The notes under the pieces were generated by a model. The model saw only the letters and a program-made list of their open reading frames with translations. It searched no databases and was not told the origin of the DNA. Positions 54,282 to 63,560 of a stretch of 64,000 bases of DNA are shown one piece after another; the first letter of the stretch is position 1, and each line of letters begins with the position of its first letter. The position numbers and the translations under genes were made by a program. The stretch is from positions 1,088,921-1,152,920 of the forward strand of contig JAXGNN010000001.1 of assembly GCA_040767925.1 (NCBI GenBank). The letters are read 5' to 3'. This DNA is from Christensenellales bacterium (GTDB lineage: Bacteria; Bacillota; Clostridia; Christensenellales; CAG-138).

Positions 54282-55276
54282 CGGAAACGGTCACTATGGC
54301 GCACGGCGCGGGCGGCGCCGCCTATCGCGAGCTCGTGGAGGAGGTGTTCCTCCCCGCGTTCAGCAATGAATTCCTCGCGCCCCTGAGCGACTCCGCCCTC
54401 CTGCCCGGCGCGGGGCGGCTCGCCTTCACGACGGACGGATACGTCGTGCGGCCGCTTTTCTTCCCCGGCGGGGACATCGGCAGGCTCGCCGTATCGGGCA
54501 CGGTCAACGACCTCGCGGTATCCGGCGCGCTGCCGCGCTACATTTCCTCCGCCATGGTCGTCGAGGCGGGCTTTCCCGTGGAAGCGCTCCGCCGCGTCGT
54601 CCGCTCCATGGCGGACGCGGCGCGCGAGGCGGGCGTTTCCATCGTCACGGGGGACACGAAGGTCGTCCCCTCCGGCGCGTGCGACGGCCTACACATCACG
54701 ACCTCGGGCGTGGGAATTTTCCCCGAAGGCGCGTGCGTGCCGCCGCAGCGCGTTGAAATCGGGGACGTCATCCTCATAAGCTCGCCCGTCGCCTCCCACG
54801 GCATGGCCGTCATGGCGGCGCGCGGCGACATGGGCTTCGACCCGCCGATCGAAAGCGACGCGCGGCCGATGAACGACGCGGTAAAAAGAGTGCTCGACGC
54901 GGGCGTCCGCGTGCGCGCCATGCGCGACCCGACGCGCGGCGGCGTCGCGGCGACGCTGTGCGAGTGGGCAGGCCGAAGCGCGGACATACTTATAGACGAG
55001 GCCGCCCTTCCCATCCGGCCGGACGCCGCCGCCGCGTGCGCGATCCTGGGCATCGACCCGCTGTACGTCGCGAACGAGGGGGTTATCCTCTTCTCCGTCG
55101 TCCGGGCGGACGCGGAAAAGGCGCTCGCGGCGCTCAGGGCGCTGCCGCACTGCGAAAGCGCGGCCGTTATCGGCGAGGTCGCCGCGGGTGCGGGCGCGGT
55201 CGCGGCGAGGACCCGCATCGGGACGCTTCGCCGGGTTTTGCCGCCCTATGGGGAGCTGCTCCCGAGGATCTGCTAG
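54278..55276 (+). CDS. hypE: hydrogenase expression/formation protein HypE
   Basis: MAHGAGG motif, AIR-synthase-like fold pattern, and the C-terminal PRIC motif. Confidence 0.9.
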   Translation: MTETVTMAHGAGGAAYRELVEEVFLPAFSNEFLAPLSDSALLPGAGRLAFTTDGYVVRPLFFPGGDIGRLAVSGTVNDLAVSGALPRYISSAMVVEAGFPVEALRRVVRSMADAAREAGVSIVTGDTKVVPSGACDGLHITTSGVGIFPEGACVPPQRVEIGDVILISSPVASHGMAVMAARGDMGFDPPIESDARPMNDAVKRVLDAGVRVRAMRDPTRGGVAATLCEWAGRSADILIDEAALPIRPDAAAACAILGIDPLYVANEGVILFSVVRADAEKALAALRALPHCESAAVIGEVAAGAGAVAARTRIGTLRRVLPPYGELLPRIC

Positions 55277-55302
55277 AAAAGGATGCCTTTCGACAGACGC
55301 TC

Positions 55303-55331
55303 TTGACGGAACGCGAAAGACTACCTATAAT
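55303..55331 (+). promoter_or_regulatory. promoter candidate for the hydrogenase structural operon
   Basis: TTGACG 55303-55308, 17-nt spacer, TATAAT 55326-55331. Confidence 0.45.
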
Positions 55332-55410
55332 ATACATTCTGAGCAGACCGCCCAAACTTTCAGGCAGCCAGCATGAAAGATGGGCGTTCTTATTTCCCTC
55401 TCAGGAGCGG

Positions 55411-56832
55411 ATGGATATGAATGGATTGATTCCCCTGCTGTGCGTCCTCGTCCCGCTGGTCGGCGCGTGCCTGCTGCCCCTTGCCGGGCGCAGGAGCGCG
55501 AAGCTGAGAAATGGCCTCGCCCTCGCCCTCGTCGCTTCCGCGTTCGCGCTCTCGCTCGCGGCGCTCCCCGCCGTGTTCGCGGGAAGCCCCCTTTCGCTAC
55601 GCGCCGCGCTGCCGCTCGGGCTGAGCTTCGGCCTGCGGGCGGACGCGCTTGCGGTCTTCATGGCGCTCGCCTCGTCCTTCGTCGCGATATTCATCGTGAT
55701 CTACTCCTACGGCTACGTCAGGGAGTACGGGAACCAGAACGAGTATTACATGATGGTCGTGCTCTTCATCGGGGCGATGATGGGCCTCGTGTATTCGACG
55801 AACCTCGTCTTCCTCTACATGTTCTGGGAGATCAGCGCCGTGTGCTGCTGGCGGCTCATCGGCTTCTACCGCGAGGAGATCACGATCGTGCGCGCGAACA
55901 AAGCCTTCCTCGTGACGGTGATGGGCGCGTTCCTCATGCTCGCGGGTTTCCTCGGCATTTACGCACAAACGGGCACGTTCGAACTCGACGCGATGAAGGG
56001 CGTCCCCATCCCGGCGTGGACGGTCGTGCTCATCCTATTCGGCATTCTCTCGAAGTCCGCGACCTTCCCGCTGCACAGCTGGCTGCCGGACGCGGGCGTC
56101 GCCCCCTCCCCCGTGACCTCGCTTTTGCACGCGGCGGTGCTCGTGAAGATCGGCGTGTTCGTCTACGTCCGTCTCCTCGTCAAAACCTTCGACATCGACC
56201 GGGCGTTTACGCTCGCGGTGCCCGTCGCCGCCGCGGTGAGCGCGCTCGTCTCGGCGGGCATGGCGCTTCGGGCAAACGACATCAAGCGGGTCGTCGCCTA
56301 CTCGACCATCAGCCAGCTCGCCTTCATTTTGCTTGGCATCTCCTGCGGCACCGAGACGGGGCTCGTGGGCGGCCTTCTCTACATTTTCACCCACAGCATC
56401 GCCAAAGGCGGGCTTTTCCTGTGCGCGGGCATCGTGGAGCACAGCCTGCACACCAAGGACATCACGCGGATGGGCGGCCTCGCCAAACGCTTCCCCGTGA
56501 CCGCCGCCGCCTTCGCGCTGTGCGCCTTCTCGGTGATGGGCATACCGCCTTTCTCGGGCTTTTTCGCGAAATATCTCGTCATCGCGGGCGCCATCGACGC
56601 GGGGCACCCGCTGCTCGCGGCCACCTTCCTCCTCGGCGCGGTGATGACTGTCCTCTACCTCGCGCGCGTATTCGCCAAAGTGTTCCTCGGGCCGGAAACC
56701 TTCCCCGATAAAAAGGAGGGTACGCCCGTCATGCTCGCGAGCGTTCTGGCGCTCGCCGCCGCGGCGCTCGCGCTCGGCTTCGCGATCGACCTTCCCGGCT
56801 CCCTCGCGAAACTGGTTTGGGAGGCGATGTGA
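55411..56832 (+). CDS. group 4 hydrogenase antiporter-like subunit (NuoN/NuoM/HyfB-MrpD family)
   Basis: Polytopic protein starting MDMNGLIPLL. The start may be 55411 or 55417. It has the proton-conducting-transporter pattern (..HSWLPDAGVAPSPVTSLLHAA..). The track ORF extends spuriously into hypE. Confidence 0.8.
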   Translation: MDMNGLIPLLCVLVPLVGACLLPLAGRRSAKLRNGLALALVASAFALSLAALPAVFAGSPLSLRAALPLGLSFGLRADALAVFMALASSFVAIFIVIYSYGYVREYGNQNEYYMMVVLFIGAMMGLVYSTNLVFLYMFWEISAVCCWRLIGFYREEITIVRANKAFLVTVMGAFLMLAGFLGIYAQTGTFELDAMKGVPIPAWTVVLILFGILSKSATFPLHSWLPDAGVAPSPVTSLLHAAVLVKIGVFVYVRLLVKTFDIDRAFTLAVPVAAAVSALVSAGMALRANDIKRVVAYSTISQLAFILLGISCGTETGLVGGLLYIFTHSIAKGGLFLCAGIVEHSLHTKDITRMGGLAKRFPVTAAAFALCAFSVMGIPPFSGFFAKYLVIAGAIDAGHPLLAATFLLGAVMTVLYLARVFAKVFLGPETFPDKKEGTPVMLASVLALAAAALALGFAIDLPGSLAKLVWEAM

Positions 56833-56833
56833 T

Positions 56834-58708
56834 ATGTTTCAATCCTTCTGTGAATTCCTCAATCATCCCGTAAGGCTCCTTCTGCTCCTTTGCGCGCTGC
56901 CGGCGGTTATGGGCGCGCTCGCCTTTTTCCTCCGCGGCAAACGCGCGGGCGCACTGCGCATGGCGCTCGCGCTCGCAACGGGCGCCGCCAACCTCTTTTT
57001 CGCGCTCAGCCTCTACCTCGGCGGCGGCGCCGCCGGGACCCTTCCCTTCGCGGGACAGGGTTTCGAGATGCGCCTGATCGTCTCCGGCCTTTCGGCGCTG
57101 ATGCTGCTCTTCGCGGCGTTCATGTTCCTGCTCACGGCCGTTTACGCGGCCTCGTGGTATGATAAGCGGGAAAAGGGCGGCGCGTATCTCCTGTTCCTGT
57201 TCATCAGCCTCGGCATGGTGAACGGGGCCTTGATGTGCGACAACCTCGGCGCGCTGCTCTTCTTCTGGGAAGGGCTTCTATGCACGCTTTTCACGCTGCT
57301 GCTTCTAAACGGCAGGGAAAACCCGAAAACAGCGGTGAAGGCGCTCGCGCTCTCCGGCACGGCGGACCTTCTGTTGATGCTCGGCATCGTGACGACCGCG
57401 CGCGTCGCGGGCACGCTGAACATGAGCGAGATGAGCCCTCTCCCGGCGGCGGGCCTCGGCGCGCTCGGCTGCGCCTGCATGCTTTTGGGCGCGATGGGCA
57501 AGGCGGGCGCAATGCCCTTCCACAGCTGGATTCCCGGCGCGGCGCAGGACGCCCCGACGCCCTTCCTCGCGGCGTTCCCCGGCTCGCTCGAAAAGATCGC
57601 GGGGATCTACCTCCTCGTGCGCGTCACGCGGGACGTTTACGCCGTGGAGCACGGCTCCGGCATGAGCGTTTTTATGATGGTCATGGGCGCCGTGACGCTC
57701 TTTTTCGGCGTCGCCATGGCGCTCATCCAGAAGGACATGAAGCGCCTGCTCTCCTACCACGCGATCAGCCAGGTGGGGTATATGATACTCGGCATCGGCA
57801 CGGGGCTTTCGGTAGGCGTCGTCGGGGGCGTGTTCCACATGATGAACAACGTGCTTTATAAATCCGGCCTGTTCATCGCGGCGGGCGCCGTGGAGGACCG
57901 CGCGGGCTCGACCGACCTGCATAAGATCGGCGGCCTCGGCAAATTCATGCCCGTCACCGCGGCCTGCTTCATCGTTTTTGCGCTCTCCATCGCGGGTGTG
58001 CCCGGCTTCAACGGCTTCTTCTCCAAGGAGCTCATCTTCGACGCGGCGCTCGAGAGCGGCGCGGCCTACTACATCGCGGCGCTCGCCGGCGCGTTCATGA
58101 CGGCGGCGTCCTTCCTCAAGCTCGGCGGCGCGGCCTTCTTCGGCCCCTTCCGCCTGCCCCAGGGCCACAAGAGCGTCCGGGAAGCGCCGGCGGGCATGCT
58201 CGTACCCGCGATCGTCCTCGCCGCGCTTTGCATCCTCTTCGGCGCGTACAACGCCTTCCCGCTCGAAACGCTCATCTCCCCCGCGCTCCGCGATTTCACG
58301 GAGCACGCGGGCTGGCCGGAATCGGGCGTTCTCGTTGCGATCTCCTGCGGCGTGCTGCTCCTCGCCCTCCTCGACCACATCTACGGCCGCCGCCGCGACA
58401 AGGGCGCGCTCGCCGCCGCGGATCATATCCACTACGCGCCGGGCATCAAACAGCTCTATGCCTTGGCGGAGAAGGGCCGCTTCGACCCGTACAACTGGCT
58501 CGCCGGCGCGGCGAACGGTTTCTCCGCCGCGTGCGAATGGGTGGAGAAGGGGGTATCCTACGCGTACGACAAGGCGATCCCCGGGCTCGTGACGGGCGCC
58601 GCAAGCGCCCTGAGGCGGTTCTGGAACGGCAGCATCTCGAGATATCTCATCGTCGCGCTCGCGGGAGTCGCCTTCATACTGGCGATCTTCCTCGCCGTGA
58701 TGCTCTAA
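56834..58708 (+). CDS. group 4 hydrogenase antiporter-like subunit, long (NuoL/MrpA-like)
   Basis: 624 aa polytopic protein with FHSWIPGAAQDAPTPFLAAF, longer than the two flanking paralogues. Confidence 0.75.
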   Translation: MFQSFCEFLNHPVRLLLLLCALPAVMGALAFFLRGKRAGALRMALALATGAANLFFALSLYLGGGAAGTLPFAGQGFEMRLIVSGLSALMLLFAAFMFLLTAVYAASWYDKREKGGAYLLFLFISLGMVNGALMCDNLGALLFFWEGLLCTLFTLLLLNGRENPKTAVKALALSGTADLLLMLGIVTTARVAGTLNMSEMSPLPAAGLGALGCACMLLGAMGKAGAMPFHSWIPGAAQDAPTPFLAAFPGSLEKIAGIYLLVRVTRDVYAVEHGSGMSVFMMVMGAVTLFFGVAMALIQKDMKRLLSYHAISQVGYMILGIGTGLSVGVVGGVFHMMNNVLYKSGLFIAAGAVEDRAGSTDLHKIGGLGKFMPVTAACFIVFALSIAGVPGFNGFFSKELIFDAALESGAAYYIAALAGAFMTAASFLKLGGAAFFGPFRLPQGHKSVREAPAGMLVPAIVLAALCILFGAYNAFPLETLISPALRDFTEHAGWPESGVLVAISCGVLLLALLDHIYGRRRDKGALAAADHIHYAPGIKQLYALAEKGRFDPYNWLAGAANGFSAACEWVEKGVSYAYDKAIPGLVTGAASALRRFWNGSISRYLIVALAGVAFILAIFLAVML

Positions 58709-58721
58709 GGGGGTGAAAGGC

Positions 58722-60185
58722 ATGGCGTTCATCGATTATCTCCCTTCCCTGTTCATCGCGCTGCCCCTCGCGGCGCTGATCGTCAACAACGCGGTGCCGC
58801 GCGCGCGGATGCGCGAGCGCACCATTCTGATGTCCGGCGTCGTGGCGGGCGTGCAGCTCCTTTTCGCGCTCGCGTGCTTCGCGCTGCTCGCCGCTTCCGG
58901 CAGGGAGGAGGCGCGCTTCGGCCTCCTTTGGGACATCTCGGCGCCCGCGGCCTCGTATCTGCGCGTGAACCTCGTTTCGCTCTTCCTTCTGATGTGCGCG
59001 GGCATGGTGACGCTCGTATCCGTGCTGACCGCACACAAGACCATAGACGATCACCGCTGCTCGTATACGAACCTCCTCATGTCCCTGATGCTCGGCATGA
59101 ACGGGATGCTCCTCGCCGGCGACCTCTTCACGCTCTACGTGTTCCTCGAGATCACGGGCATTGCGAGCTTCGTGCTCATCGCCATGTACAAGAGCACCAA
59201 GGGCCTCGAGGGCGCGTTCAAATACCTGACGATGTCCGCCTTCGCGACCATCATGATCCTCTCCGGCCTCGCGCTCCTGTTCATGAAGACGGGCTCCCTC
59301 GCCTACGCCGACCTCAACGCCAAGGTGCTCTCCGGCAGGGAGGATCCCCGCACCTGGCTCTGCTGGGGGGCGATCGTCATCATCATCTCCGGCTTCGCGA
59401 TCAAGGCGGGCGCCGCGCCCTTCCACAGCTGGCTGCCCGACGCGCACCAGAGCGCGGACACGGCGGTGTCGATCCTCCTCTCGGGCATCGTCATCAAGAT
59501 CGCGGGCGCGTACGGCTTCATCGTATTGACAGAGCTTTTCGAAGGCGTGTACGCCGTCCGCCTGACGCTCGCCATCCTCGGGATCGTGACGATCGTCTTC
59601 GGCGCGCTGCTCGCGCTCGTGCAGACGCATTTCAAGCGCATCGCAGCGTATTCCTCGGTGAGCCAGATGGGCTACATACTGCTCGGCCTCTCGGCCGGCA
59701 CCCCGCTCGGCCTCATGGGCGCGCTCATGCACATCTTCAGCCACGCGGCGTTCAAGGCGACGCTCTTCTCCAACGCGGCGGCGCTGCACGAGAAGCTCGG
59801 CACGCTCGACATCGAGGAGATGGGCGGCTTGCAGAAGCGGATGCCCGTGACGGGGTTTTCCTCGATCACCTCCTTCCTTTCCGCCGCGGGGATCCCCCCG
59901 TTCGCGGGCTTCTGGAGCAAGCTTGTGATCCTCATCGCCCTGTGGAAGGCGGGCGCCCCGGGCTTCGCGCCCGCGGCGCTGCTGGCGAGCATATTGACCG
60001 CGGCGTATTTTTTGCGGCTCCAGAAAAAGGTGTTCTTCGGGCCGGAGAACCGCCGCTTCGCGGACGTCGCGGAGATCGGCGGCAGCATCCGCACCGCGGA
60101 AATCGCGCTCTCGGCGGTTTCCCTCGGCGCGGGCCTGCTCTTCCCGCTGGTTTTACTCTACTTCGAGCGCATCGGGCTCATCTGA
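58722..60185 (+). CDS. group 4 hydrogenase antiporter-like subunit (NuoM/MrpD-like)
   Basis: FHSWLPDAHQSADTAVSILLSG. The ATG at 58722 lies 7 nt after AAGGGGG. The track start at 58713 is GTG. Confidence 0.8.
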   Translation: MAFIDYLPSLFIALPLAALIVNNAVPRARMRERTILMSGVVAGVQLLFALACFALLAASGREEARFGLLWDISAPAASYLRVNLVSLFLLMCAGMVTLVSVLTAHKTIDDHRCSYTNLLMSLMLGMNGMLLAGDLFTLYVFLEITGIASFVLIAMYKSTKGLEGAFKYLTMSAFATIMILSGLALLFMKTGSLAYADLNAKVLSGREDPRTWLCWGAIVIIISGFAIKAGAAPFHSWLPDAHQSADTAVSILLSGIVIKIAGAYGFIVLTELFEGVYAVRLTLAILGIVTIVFGALLALVQTHFKRIAAYSSVSQMGYILLGLSAGTPLGLMGALMHIFSHAAFKATLFSNAAALHEKLGTLDIEEMGGLQKRMPVTGFSSITSFLSAAGIPPFAGFWSKLVILIALWKAGAPGFAPAALLASILTAAYFLRLQKKVFFGPENRRFADVAEIGGSIRTAEIALSAVSLGAGLLFPLVLLYFERIGLI

Positions 60186-60198
60186 GGGGGTGATGGGA

Positions 60199-60693
60199 AT
60201 GGAAGCTGCCGTTTACGTATGCCTCGGCTTCATGCTGGTTTCCGGCGTCGCCGCCGTGATGGGCGACCGGCTCATCGGCTCCGCGATCGCCCTCGCCATC
60301 ACGAGCGCGGCGAGCGGCGTATTGATGTACCTACTCGGCGCGCCCTGGGCCGCGATCTTTGAAATTTCGGTCTGCTCGGGGCTTGTGACCGTGATCTTCA
60401 TTTCGGCGGTGAGCCTCTCGAGCGGGGACAGGACGCAACTGCCTCCCGAGGGGCAGGATAAAGAGCGCACCAGGCGCCTGCCCGCAATCCTCATCGTCGC
60501 GGGCGTGGCGCTGTTCCTCATCGCGGCGTTTTCAGGCTTCTCGGTGGGCGGAGAGGCTGCCGCGCAGAGCGGGGCCTCCTTCAGCGAAACGCTGTGGGAA
60601 TCCCGTCAGGCGGACATCTGGGGGCAGATGATCGCGCTCATCACGGGCACTGCGGCCATCGTGGTATTTTTCAAGGAGAGTGAGAATCAATGA
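60199..60693 (+). CDS. NuoJ-like membrane subunit
   Basis: About 165 aa. LGAPWAAIFEISVCSGLVTVIFISAV resembles the NuoJ core. The start is uncertain (60190, 60193 or 60199). Confidence 0.6.
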   Translation: MEAAVYVCLGFMLVSGVAAVMGDRLIGSAIALAITSAASGVLMYLLGAPWAAIFEISVCSGLVTVIFISAVSLSSGDRTQLPPEGQDKERTRRLPAILIVAGVALFLIAAFSGFSVGGEAAAQSGASFSETLWESRQADIWGQMIALITGTAAIVVFFKESENQ

Positions 60694-60995
60694 ACTTCCC
60701 GACCGTCATCCTCATTGCAGGCCTTCTGATGATCCTCGCGGGCTGCGTGGGCTTAATCCGCACCTGCCACATGCTCAAGATCATCATCGGCCTCGAGGTC
60801 GCCATGAAGGCCATCACGGTGTTTATCATACTCGGCGGTTCTCTCAACGGGAACATGGCGCTCGCGCAGGCGTTCGTCGTCACCGTCATCGTCGTCGAGG
60901 TGGTGACGGCGGTGGTGCTTTCGGGCATCGCCATCAGCCTCTACCGCAAGCACGGCAGCATGGACATCCGCAAGCTGCGCTCCCTCAAGGGGTAA
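60690..60995 (+). CDS. NuoK/MrpC-like membrane subunit
   Basis: 101 aa, three TM helices, with a conserved Glu in IIGLEVAMKAI. ATGA overlap with the previous gene. Confidence 0.7.
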   Translation: MNFPTVILIAGLLMILAGCVGLIRTCHMLKIIIGLEVAMKAITVFIILGGSLNGNMALAQAFVVTVIVVEVVTAVVLSGIAISLYRKHGSMDIRKLRSLKG

Positions 60996-61004
60996 GGAGG
61001 GCAT

Positions 61005-61331
61005 ATGGACAAGATACTCGTTTCCGCGCCGGTGGTTTTCCTCTTCTTCGCGCTCCTGATCGCGCTCATTTCGCTGTATCTTGGAAGAAAGGCGGACAAA
61101 ACGCCCGGCGGCGAGCACGAGCTCGATCCCTACGCCTGCGGGCAGGACGAGAGCACGGTGCGCCACTACGTGAGCCCGAACTATTACAGGATGTTCTCCT
61201 ACGCGTTCTTCTTCACGGTCATGCACGTGCTCGTTCTGACCGTCGCCACGGCGCCGGCGGGCCATACGCTGCTCCCCGTCGCGTATATCCTCGCGGGCGT
61301 GCTGGCCATGCTGATACTGTTCAGGAGGTAA
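61005..61331 (+). CDS. NuoA-like membrane subunit
   Basis: 108 aa. LDPYACGQDE matches the NuoA PYECG loop. Confidence 0.65.
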   Translation: MDKILVSAPVVFLFFALLIALISLYLGRKADKTPGGEHELDPYACGQDESTVRHYVSPNYYRMFSYAFFFTVMHVLVLTVATAPAGHTLLPVAYILAGVLAMLILFRR

Positions 61332-61334
61332 CGT

Positions 61335-61844
61335 ATGGGGCTTTTGGATCAAGCGATCGCCTGGGGTAAGAGGAAATCCCCGTGGATCATCCATTTCAAC
61401 GCGGGCGCGTGCAACGGCTGCGACATCGAGGTCGTCGACGCGCTGACGCCCCGGTTCGATTTGGAGCGGCTGGGCGTATTGCAGCAGGGCAGCCCGCGCC
61501 ACGCGGACGTGCTCGTCGTGACGGGCGCGGTGACGCTGCAGACGCGCGAGCGGCTCAAGAAAATCTACGACCAGATGTCTTCCCCGAAGTTCGTCATCGC
61601 CATCGGGACCTGCGCGTGCAGCGGCGGCATATTCGACGGCTGCTACTGCGTGACGGGCGGCGTGGACGAGGTCATCCCCGTGGACGCGTACATACCGGGC
61701 TGCGCGGTGCGCCCCGAGGCCATCATCCACGCGGTCGACGAGCTGCTTAAGACCGTAAAACCCCAAAAAGGCGTGAAGAAGCCCCGGAAGAAAGAGAAGG
61801 AGGTTAAGGAAGATGACGGAGCAGGAAGCGGTCAAGAAGATTAA
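61335..61844 (+). CDS. [NiFe]-hydrogenase small subunit, NuoB/HycG-like
   Basis: GACNGCDIE, GTCACSGG and IPGCAVRP provide the Cys ligands for a proximal [4Fe-4S] cluster. Lys-rich C-terminal tail. Confidence 0.85.
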   Translation: MGLLDQAIAWGKRKSPWIIHFNAGACNGCDIEVVDALTPRFDLERLGVLQQGSPRHADVLVVTGAVTLQTRERLKKIYDQMSSPKFVIAIGTCACSGGIFDGCYCVTGGVDEVIPVDAYIPGCAVRPEAIIHAVDELLKTVKPQKGVKKPRKKEKEVKEDDGAGSGQED

Positions 61845-62319
61845 CGCGCACTTTCCCTTCGCAAACGCCGTTTCGCCGCGGCGCCTGCGCGTGTTTACGG
61901 ATTATCTGCCACCCGCGCAGTTCGAGCAGGTGCTGCGCTTCGCGCACGACGAAATGGGCTTCACCCACGGCGAGCACGTCGTGGGCACGGACGAGGGCGA
62001 GGACCTCGGCTTCTCCTATATCGTGTCGAACGGGGATTTCATCCTCCTCGTCGTCCGTGAAAAGGTGCCCAAGGCGAACCCCGCCGCGCGCTCCCAGTAC
62101 GGCCTTTACCCCTCTTTGCTGCTGCACGAACGCGAGCTCGTGGACCTTTTCGGCGCGGACATGAAGAACCTGCCCGAGGGCCCCTCCTTTCCCCTGCCCG
62201 ACGGCTGGCCCAAGGGCCAGTACCCGCTGCGCAAGGAGTGGAAGCCCGAATACTTCAACCGGAAAACCATGCGCTACGAGCCGCCCACGGAGGGCGAAAA
62301 CGAGGAGGCAGGCACATGA
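61813..62319 (+). CDS. NuoC-like (30 kDa) hydrogenase subunit
   Basis: 168 aa. The ..LLLHERELVDLFG.. pattern is typical of NuoC/HycE-N. It overlaps the small subunit gene by 32 nt. Confidence 0.75.
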   Translation: MTEQEAVKKINAHFPFANAVSPRRLRVFTDYLPPAQFEQVLRFAHDEMGFTHGEHVVGTDEGEDLGFSYIVSNGDFILLVVREKVPKANPAARSQYGLYPSLLLHERELVDLFGADMKNLPEGPSFPLPDGWPKGQYPLRKEWKPEYFNRKTMRYEPPTEGENEEAGT

Positions 62320-63545
62320 ACGAGCAAAACGACGGCAGGGTCGTGCTGCCCATAGGGCCGCAGCACCCCTCGCTCAAGGAGCCCGGCAGCTTCAAGATCA
62401 CGCTCGACGGCGAGGTCGTGGAGAAGGCCGTGGTCGAGATCGGCTACAACCACAGGGGGCTCGAGAAGGCCTGCGAGAGCCGCACCTACGTGCGCGATCT
62501 GTATATCATCGAGCGCGTGTGCGGCATCTGCTCCCACGCGCACACGTCGGCCTTCTGCCAGTGCGTCGAGGAGATGTGCGGTCTCGAAATCCCGCGCCGC
62601 GCCATGTACATCCGCGGCGTCGTGGGCGAGCTGGAAAGGCTCCACAGCCACCTTCTGTGGCTCGGCGTCGCCGCGCACGAAATTGGGTTCGACACGCTCT
62701 TCATGTACACCTGGCGCGACCGCGAGCGCGTGCTCGACATGCTCGCCGCCATCGGCGGCAACCGCGTCAACTACGGCGTCAACACCTTCGGCGGCGTGCG
62801 GCGCGACCTCGACGCGGACCTGACCGCGGAAATCCTAAAAGTCGTGGCCACGCTCGAGGAGAAGCTCAACTATTACGCGGAGCTCGCCGCGACCGATCCC
62901 ACGCTCATCGCGCGGCTCTCGGGCATCGGCATCCTGAAGCCCGAGGACGTAAGGCGCTTCAGCGCGGTGGGCCCCGTTGCCCGCGCGGCGGGCATCATGG
63001 GCGACATCCGCATCAAGGAGCCTTACGGCGTCTTTAAAGAGATTTCGGTCAACGGCGTCACGGACGACCACGGCGACGTATACGGCCGCACGATCGTGCG
63101 CGTGAAGGAGATGCAGGAGAGCGTCCGCCTCATCCGCACGATGATCGCCGAGATGCCGGAAGGGCCGCTCGCGGCGAAGGCGCCGCGCAGGGTGCCCGCG
63201 GGCGAAAACCTCTACCGGGTCGAGGCGCCGCGCGGGGAGAACATCCATTACATCCGCGCGAACGGCTCCGACATGCCCGACCGCGTGCGCGTGCGCGCGC
63301 CGACCGAGGCGAACTGGCACGGCATGAGCTACATGCTCGAGGGCTTCCACCTCGCGGACGTGCCCATCATCATCGCGGCGATCGACCCCTGCTACTCCTG
63401 CGCGGATCGCGCGGTTTCACTTTCGGGCGAAAACGGCGCGGAGACGGTCGATTTCGGGGAACTGCGCCGCCGCGGCATCGAGCATTACAGAAAGCGCGGC
63501 ATAGACCCCTCCCTCATCCGTTTGAGGGAATTCCCGGCGCGTTGA
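62316..63545 (+). CDS. group 4 [NiFe]-hydrogenase large (catalytic) subunit, NuoD-like
   Basis: GPQHPS, GYNHRGLEK, an N-terminal Ni-Fe motif ERVCGICSHAH and a C-terminal DPCYSCADR. All four metal-binding Cys are present. Confidence 0.9.
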   Translation: MNEQNDGRVVLPIGPQHPSLKEPGSFKITLDGEVVEKAVVEIGYNHRGLEKACESRTYVRDLYIIERVCGICSHAHTSAFCQCVEEMCGLEIPRRAMYIRGVVGELERLHSHLLWLGVAAHEIGFDTLFMYTWRDRERVLDMLAAIGGNRVNYGVNTFGGVRRDLDADLTAEILKVVATLEEKLNYYAELAATDPTLIARLSGIGILKPEDVRRFSAVGPVARAAGIMGDIRIKEPYGVFKEISVNGVTDDHGDVYGRTIVRVKEMQESVRLIRTMIAEMPEGPLAAKAPRRVPAGENLYRVEAPRGENIHYIRANGSDMPDRVRVRAPTEANWHGMSYMLEGFHLADVPIIIAAIDPCYSCADRAVSLSGENGAETVDFGELRRRGIEHYRKRGIDPSLIRLREFPAR

Positions 63546-63560
63546 GCCAAGGAGGCCGAG

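Noticed and set aside
54958-55410. N-terminal 150-codon extension of the first hydrogenase membrane subunit ORF, overlapping hypE.
   Set aside because: - The extension overlaps the hypE coding frame and the intergenic promoter.
- A good RBS and hydrophobic N-terminus start at 55411/55417.
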